In this document: positions 59,593 to 64,000 of the stretch, one piece after another | Numbering within the stretch: the stretch's first letter is position 1 | How the letters are laid out: each line of letters begins with the position of its first letter | NCBI GenBank assembly: GCA_027320085.1 | Contig: DAHVLZ010000036.1 | Coordinates: forward strand, 32,001 to 96,000 | Length of the DNA stretch: 64,000 nt | Reading direction: 5' to 3' | Source: Pseudomonadota bacterium | GTDB taxonomy: Bacteria; Pseudomonadota; Gammaproteobacteria; JAKAQQ01 | Notes under the pieces: model-generated | What the model saw: the letters and a program-made list of their open reading frames with translations, nothing else | Database searches by the model: none | Told to the model about the DNA's origin: nothing | Position numbers and translations under genes: made by a program

Positions 59593-62475
59593 ATGGACGA
59601 GATCCGCATTCGCGGGGCACGTACCCATAATCTCCAGAACATCAATCTAGACCTGCCACGTGATCGGCTGGTTGTCATTACCGGCTTGTCGGGTAGCGGA
59701 AAGTCCTCGCTCGCATTTGACACGATCTACGCCGAGGGACAGCGTCGTTACGTCGAGTCGCTCTCAGCCTATGCACGCCAGTTCTTGTCGGTCATGGATA
59801 AACCCGACGTTGACCTGATTGAGGGACTGTCACCTGCTATCTCGATTGAACAAAAATCGACTTCTCATAACCCACGCTCGACTGTCGGTACAGTCACCGA
59901 GATTTACGACTATTTAAGACTTCTTTTTGCGCGTGCAGGGACACCCCGCTGTCCGGACCACCGACTCCCACTTGATGCCCTCACAGTCTCGCAAATGGTT
60001 GACAGCCTTCTGACTTTGCCGCTGGAACGCCGTTACCTCCTCATGACTCCGGTTGTCAGCGAACGCAAGGGCAGTTATGTTGAGCTTTTTAAAATGCTCC
60101 AAGCACGGGGGTTCATCCGGATCCGACTGGACGGTGAACTCATGGAACTTGATAGCCCGCCCAAATTGAACCCCCGCAGCAAACACCAGATTGACGTAGT
60201 CATTGACCGTTTTCGAGTCCGCCCGGAACTGGGCGGACGACTTGCCGAGTCCATTGACACTGCTCTTGGACTCGGAACTGGCCTGATCGAAATTGCCCTT
60301 GAGGAAGATCCAAGAAAAACTCTCCTGACCCTGTCAAACCGCTATGCCTGCCCGGTGTGTGGCTACAGTCTTCCCGAACTTGAACCGCGTCTGTTTTCAT
60401 TTAACAACCCGGCAGGTGCTTGTCCAGCCTGCGAGGGCCTCGGCATCCACGAGTCTTTCGATCCCCAACGCATCGTTCCGCGCCCGACACTTAGTCTAGC
60501 TGCCGGCGCAATCCAAGGCTGGGATCCGGGGAATCCCTATTACTACGAGATCCTTAAGGGACTCGCTGGCCATTACGGCTTCAGTCTCGAGAGTCCGTTT
60601 GAGGAGCTTCCATTCGACATCCGAAAAATTATTTTATGGGGAAGTGGCAATGAGCGCATCCGGTTTCATCACCGCTTCGGATCTCGACGGAAAACCCGTG
60701 AAAGTCGGTTCGAAGGAGTCATTCCGAGCCTGACCCGGCGCTACCGAGAAACGGACTCTGAACTCTTGAAACTTGAGTGGGCCCAACTACTCAAAACACA
60801 ACCCTGCAGCGAATGCGGCGGTGGACGTCTCAACAGCGCGGCAAGAAACGTGTTTGTGGCAGGTGAGGACCTGCCGTCGGTCACCCGCTGGCCGATTGAG
60901 CAGTCCCTGATGTTTTTCCAGACCATAGTCTTGGAAGGACAAAAGGCCCAGATTGCAAGCCAAATCATCAAGGAAATCCTCGACCGCCTTCGCTTCCTAT
61001 CTGATGTTGGGCTCGGCTATCTGGCACTTGAAAGGGCCACAGAAACCCTTTCTGGAGGAGAAGCACAGCGCATTCGTCTAGCCAGCCAGATCGGATCAGG
61101 GCTCGTGGGTGTCCTTTACGTGCTCGACGAGCCATCGATCGGGCTGCATCCTCGTGACAACCAGAAGCTGCTGGACACACTCTCCCGCCTCCGGGATCTT
61201 GGCAACACCCTACTTATTGTCGAGCATGACGAGGAAACCATCCGGGCCGCTGACTATGTGGTTGACATGGGTCCAGGAGCTGGAATCCATGGTGGCCGGG
61301 TTATGGCCACCGGCCGTCCAGAGGAAATTGCCCGCAACCCGGACTCCCTGACCGGGCAATACCTCTCACGCCGACGGCAAATTCCGCTTCCAACCGACCG
61401 AAAGATACCGGATCCAGTCCGCCAGCTGGTCTTAAGAAAGGTTTCAGGAAACAACCTGCGATCAATCGACGTGAGCTTTCCGCTGGGTCTCCTGGTCTGT
61501 GTCACAGGTGTCTCGGGATCGGGGAAGTCTACTCTCGTGAACGATACCCTGTACCGTGCATTGGCCCGACATTTGGGTCTTAACGGGGCTGAACCTTCTC
61601 TTCATGCTGGGCTTGAGGGTGCCGATGCCGTTGAGCGGGTGATCGACATTGACCAGAGTCCGATCGGCCGCACCCCACGATCAAACCCCGCAACATACAC
61701 GGGGCTTTTCACACCGATCCGGGAGCTCTTTGCCTTGACACCGGAGGCCCGTGCGCGTGGATACGCATCGGGGCGTTTCTCCTTTAATGTCCGTGGCGGG
61801 CGCTGTGAGGCATGTGAGGGTGACGGACTGATCCGGGTTGAGATGCATTTCATGCCGGATTTTTATATTCCCTGCGAACAATGCCACGGGCTCCGGTATA
61901 ACCGGGAAACGCTAGAAATCCATTACAAGGGGAAGACAATCGCAGAAGTCCTCGACATGAGTGTCGAAGAGGCCCTGGACTTTTTCTCCGCGATCCCCTC
62001 TATTGCCCTGAAACTGGCAACCCTGCGGGATGTTGGTATGGGCTATGTCCGCCTGGGCCAGAACGCCACCACACTGTCCGGGGGCGAGGCCCAGCGCATT
62101 AAGTTGTCGCGGGAGCTCAGTAAACGCGAGATGGGGAAAAGTCTCTACCTGCTTGATGAGCCAACCACAGGACTCCACTTTGAGGATATTTCGCAACTGC
62201 TTCGGGTCTTGTTTCGGTTACGAGATCGCGGTAATACCGTTATCGTCATTGAACACCACTTGGATGTCATCAAATGCGCTGACTGGATCATTGACTTGGG
62301 ACCCGAGGGCGGCGCCGGTGGTGGAGCACTGATCGCTCAAGGCACACCCGAGCAGGTCGCCCAATCGCCGGATTCGGTCACCGGGCGCTTTCTCCAGGGA
62401 GCACTCCAGCAACTTGCACGCTCAGAGCCAAGGAAACGGCAACCGCAAACCCGGCCCCGGAGAGCCCGTCCCTAA
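59593..62475 (+). CDS. uvrA: Excinuclease ABC subunit A
   Basis: [21 protein letters not shown], two LSGGEAQRI signatures, zinc fingers. Confidence 0.98.
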   Translation: MDEIRIRGARTHNLQNINLDLPRDRLVVITGLSGSGKSSLAFDTIYAEGQRRYVESLSAYARQFLSVMDKPDVDLIEGLSPAISIEQKSTSHNPRSTVGTVTEIYDYLRLLFARAGTPRCPDHRLPLDALTVSQMVDSLLTLPLERRYLLMTPVVSERKGSYVELFKMLQARGFIRIRLDGELMELDSPPKLNPRSKHQIDVVIDRFRVRPELGGRLAESIDTALGLGTGLIEIALEEDPRKTLLTLSNRYACPVCGYSLPELEPRLFSFNNPAGACPACEGLGIHESFDPQRIVPRPTLSLAAGAIQGWDPGNPYYYEILKGLAGHYGFSLESPFEELPFDIRKIILWGSGNERIRFHHRFGSRRKTRESRFEGVIPSLTRRYRETDSELLKLEWAQLLKTQPCSECGGGRLNSAARNVFVAGEDLPSVTRWPIEQSLMFFQTIVLEGQKAQIASQIIKEILDRLRFLSDVGLGYLALERATETLSGGEAQRIRLASQIGSGLVGVLYVLDEPSIGLHPRDNQKLLDTLSRLRDLGNTLLIVEHDEETIRAADYVVDMGPGAGIHGGRVMATGRPEEIARNPDSLTGQYLSRRRQIPLPTDRKIPDPVRQLVLRKVSGNNLRSIDVSFPLGLLVCVTGVSGSGKSTLVNDTLYRALARHLGLNGAEPSLHAGLEGADAVERVIDIDQSPIGRTPRSNPATYTGLFTPIRELFALTPEARARGYASGRFSFNVRGGRCEACEGDGLIRVEMHFMPDFYIPCEQCHGLRYNRETLEIHYKGKTIAEVLDMSVEEALDFFSAIPSIALKLATLRDVGMGYVRLGQNATTLSGGEAQRIKLSRELSKREMGKSLYLLDEPTTGLHFEDISQLLRVLFRLRDRGNTVIVIEHHLDVIKCADWIIDLGPEGGAGGGALIAQGTPEQVAQSPDSVTGRFLQGALQQLARSEPRKRQPQTRPRRARP

Positions 62476-63050
62476 GATTTTTCGGAGCGATTGTCGGTTT
62501 TTCGACGGCGCCGGAATAGACCGGTGCGCTTTTTTTCCGCTTCTGCGGCTTCCGTCTCAGAAACCGCTTCAGTTGATTTCTTTCTTCGGCTCGAGGTGGC
62601 CGGCCTGGCGACTCGTTTCTTGGCTGCTTCCTCCGGTGCGGGCTGAGCCGTCCCTTCTGCCTTCGGTGTCGAACGATGCCGGATCTTTTCCGGCCGATCT
62701 ACCAACTGGACCAAGGCGACCGGTGCATGATCACCACTCCGGTACCCGGCATGAACGATGCGGAGGTAACCCCCAGGTCTCAAGCGGTAGTGCGGTCCGA
62801 GATCTGTAAATAGTTTGGTCACAGTCGGCCGGTGGCGTAACCGGTCAAAAGCCAAGCGTCGGTGGGCCACCGTATCCCCATCACGGGCCAACGTTATGAT
62901 CGGTTCCACGACACGCCTGAGTTCTTTCGCCTTGGCGACCGTAGTCCGGATCTGTTCCTCAGTAATCAGCGAGATCGCGAGGTTTCGGAGAAGGCTCGCC
63001 CGGTGACTGCTCGTGCGGCCCAGCTGTCGACCAATATTTCGGTGGCGCAT
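62472..63050 (-). CDS. rplQ: 50S ribosomal protein L17 with C-terminal extension
   Basis: MRH....[26 protein letters not shown]. Confidence 0.97.
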   Translation of the reverse strand: MRHRNIGRQLGRTSSHRASLLRNLAISLITEEQIRTTVAKAKELRRVVEPIITLARDGDTVAHRRLAFDRLRHRPTVTKLFTDLGPHYRLRPGGYLRIVHAGYRSGDHAPVALVQLVDRPEKIRHRSTPKAEGTAQPAPEEAAKKRVARPATSSRRKKSTEAVSETEAAEAEKKRTGLFRRRRKTDNRSEKS

Positions 63051-63066
63051 ATCGTCATCTCCCCGC

Positions 63067-64000
63067 TTAACTGGCCGAAGCCGGAGCTTCCGGATGACGT
63101 GTCAGAAACCGTGGTGGCCAGTTTTCGATCGTCATGCCGAGTGAGAGAGCATGGATCGCAAGGGCATCCTTGATCTCCACGAGGGACTTCTTGCCAAGAT
63201 TAGGCGTTCGCAAGAGATCGGCTTCGGTCCGCTGGACGAGATCACCGATGAACTCGATCTGCTCAGCCTTGAGGGCGTTCAACGACCGAACCGTAAGGTC
63301 CAATGCGTCGACTGGCTTGAGAAATACGGTATCTAGGGGTGCTGTGGTTGCTGGAATGGCCCCCGCCGCCGGGATCCGGGCTTCTTCATCAGTCAGGAAA
63401 ACACTGAGCTGGTTTCTCAGAATCTGTGCCGCTTCGATCACGGCAGTCTCTGCCGTCATTGTCCCGTTGGTCTCAACCTCCAGAACAAGCCGGTCGAGGT
63501 CGGTTCGCTGCTCGACTCGGGCGTTTTCCACTTGGAAAGCCACACGGCGTATCGGGGAAAAGGACGCATCCAACCGGAGATGGCCGAGCGTACGCCCCCC
63601 TAGTTCCTGCCGCTGAACGGCCGGGAGGTATCCCCGGCCCCGTTCGATTACGAGTTCAAGATTTAGATGCCCCTGTTTATTGAGATGGGCGATCACATGA
63701 TCGGGATTGAGGATCTCCACCTGGTGATCCAGCTGAATGTCGGATGCCCGCACAACCCCCGGCCCGGCCTTATTCAGCCGGAGGCTGGCACGCTCTACCG
63801 TCTGCGGGGCTCGGATGGCAAGCCCCTTGAGATTAAGCAACAGGTCAATTACATCCTCATTAACTCCCTCGATGGTCGTGTACTCATGCACGACCCCTGA
63901 AATCTCAACTTCCGTCACAGCATAGCCCGGAATCGAGGACAGGAGGACCCGGCGCAAGGCATTGCCCAGAGTATGTCCAAAACCGCGCTCGAGCGGTTCA
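63067..64000 (-). CDS. rpoA: RNA polymerase alpha subunit (5' end outside window)
   Basis: [52 protein letters not shown]. Confidence 0.98.
   Translation of the reverse strand, partial: EPLERGFGHTLGNALRRVLLSSIPGYAVTEVEISGVVHEYTTIEGVNEDVIDLLLNLKGLAIRAPQTVERASLRLNKAGPGVVRASDIQLDHQVEILNPDHVIAHLNKQGHLNLELVIERGRGYLPAVQRQELGGRTLGHLRLDASFSPIRRVAFQVENARVEQRTDLDRLVLEVETNGTMTAETAVIEAAQILRNQLSVFLTDEEARIPAAGAIPATTAPLDTVFLKPVDALDLTVRSLNALKAEQIEFIGDLVQRTEADLLRTPNLGKKSLVEIKDALAIHALSLGMTIENWPPRFLTRHPEAPASAS

Noticed and set aside
59540-59593. LexA SOS box before uvrA (also checked before uvrD)
   Set aside because: No CTGT-N8-ACAG match

Overview
GC-rich chromosomal segment of a gammaproteobacterium (assignment from 16S, rpoH, bio and cox gene types; exact lineage not determinable by eye). 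Order: SPOR-like gene (partial), coaX, birA, plsY; two amidinotransferase-family genes around a CMD/AhpD gene; a methyltransferase; a complete minus-strand rRNA operon (16S, tRNA-Ile, tRNA-Ala, 23S, 5S); an NCS1 permease; a ~10 kb type IVb (R64/PAPI-like pil) pilus cluster with no mobility genes, ending in an orphan secreted Cys-rich protein; anmK; rpoH behind a CIRCE element; an aa3-type cytochrome c oxidase operon; bioBFHCD with a BirA operator; a YVTN beta-propeller protein; two sigma32-driven Hsp20 genes; GT2, uvrD, PP-loop ATPase, FAH hydrolase; a GGDEF-EAL-CZB protein; a YifL/LptM-like lipoprotein; polA followed by a candidate sigmaE-dependent C-rich-loop sRNA; sulfotransferase plus HpnL-like membrane protein; cytochrome c4; a LysR-linked detox module; gmhA, glcD-like, uvrA, rplQ and partial rpoA. 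Best leads: the domesticated type IVb pilus with a candidate secreted substrate, the post-polA sRNA, an A1 oxidase with both Mg-site carboxylates changed to amides, a coaX lacking any canonical start codon, and the CIRCE/sigmaE control region of rpoH. Family calls rest on motifs recognised by eye, not on database searches. Several start codons were re-chosen from the ORF track.
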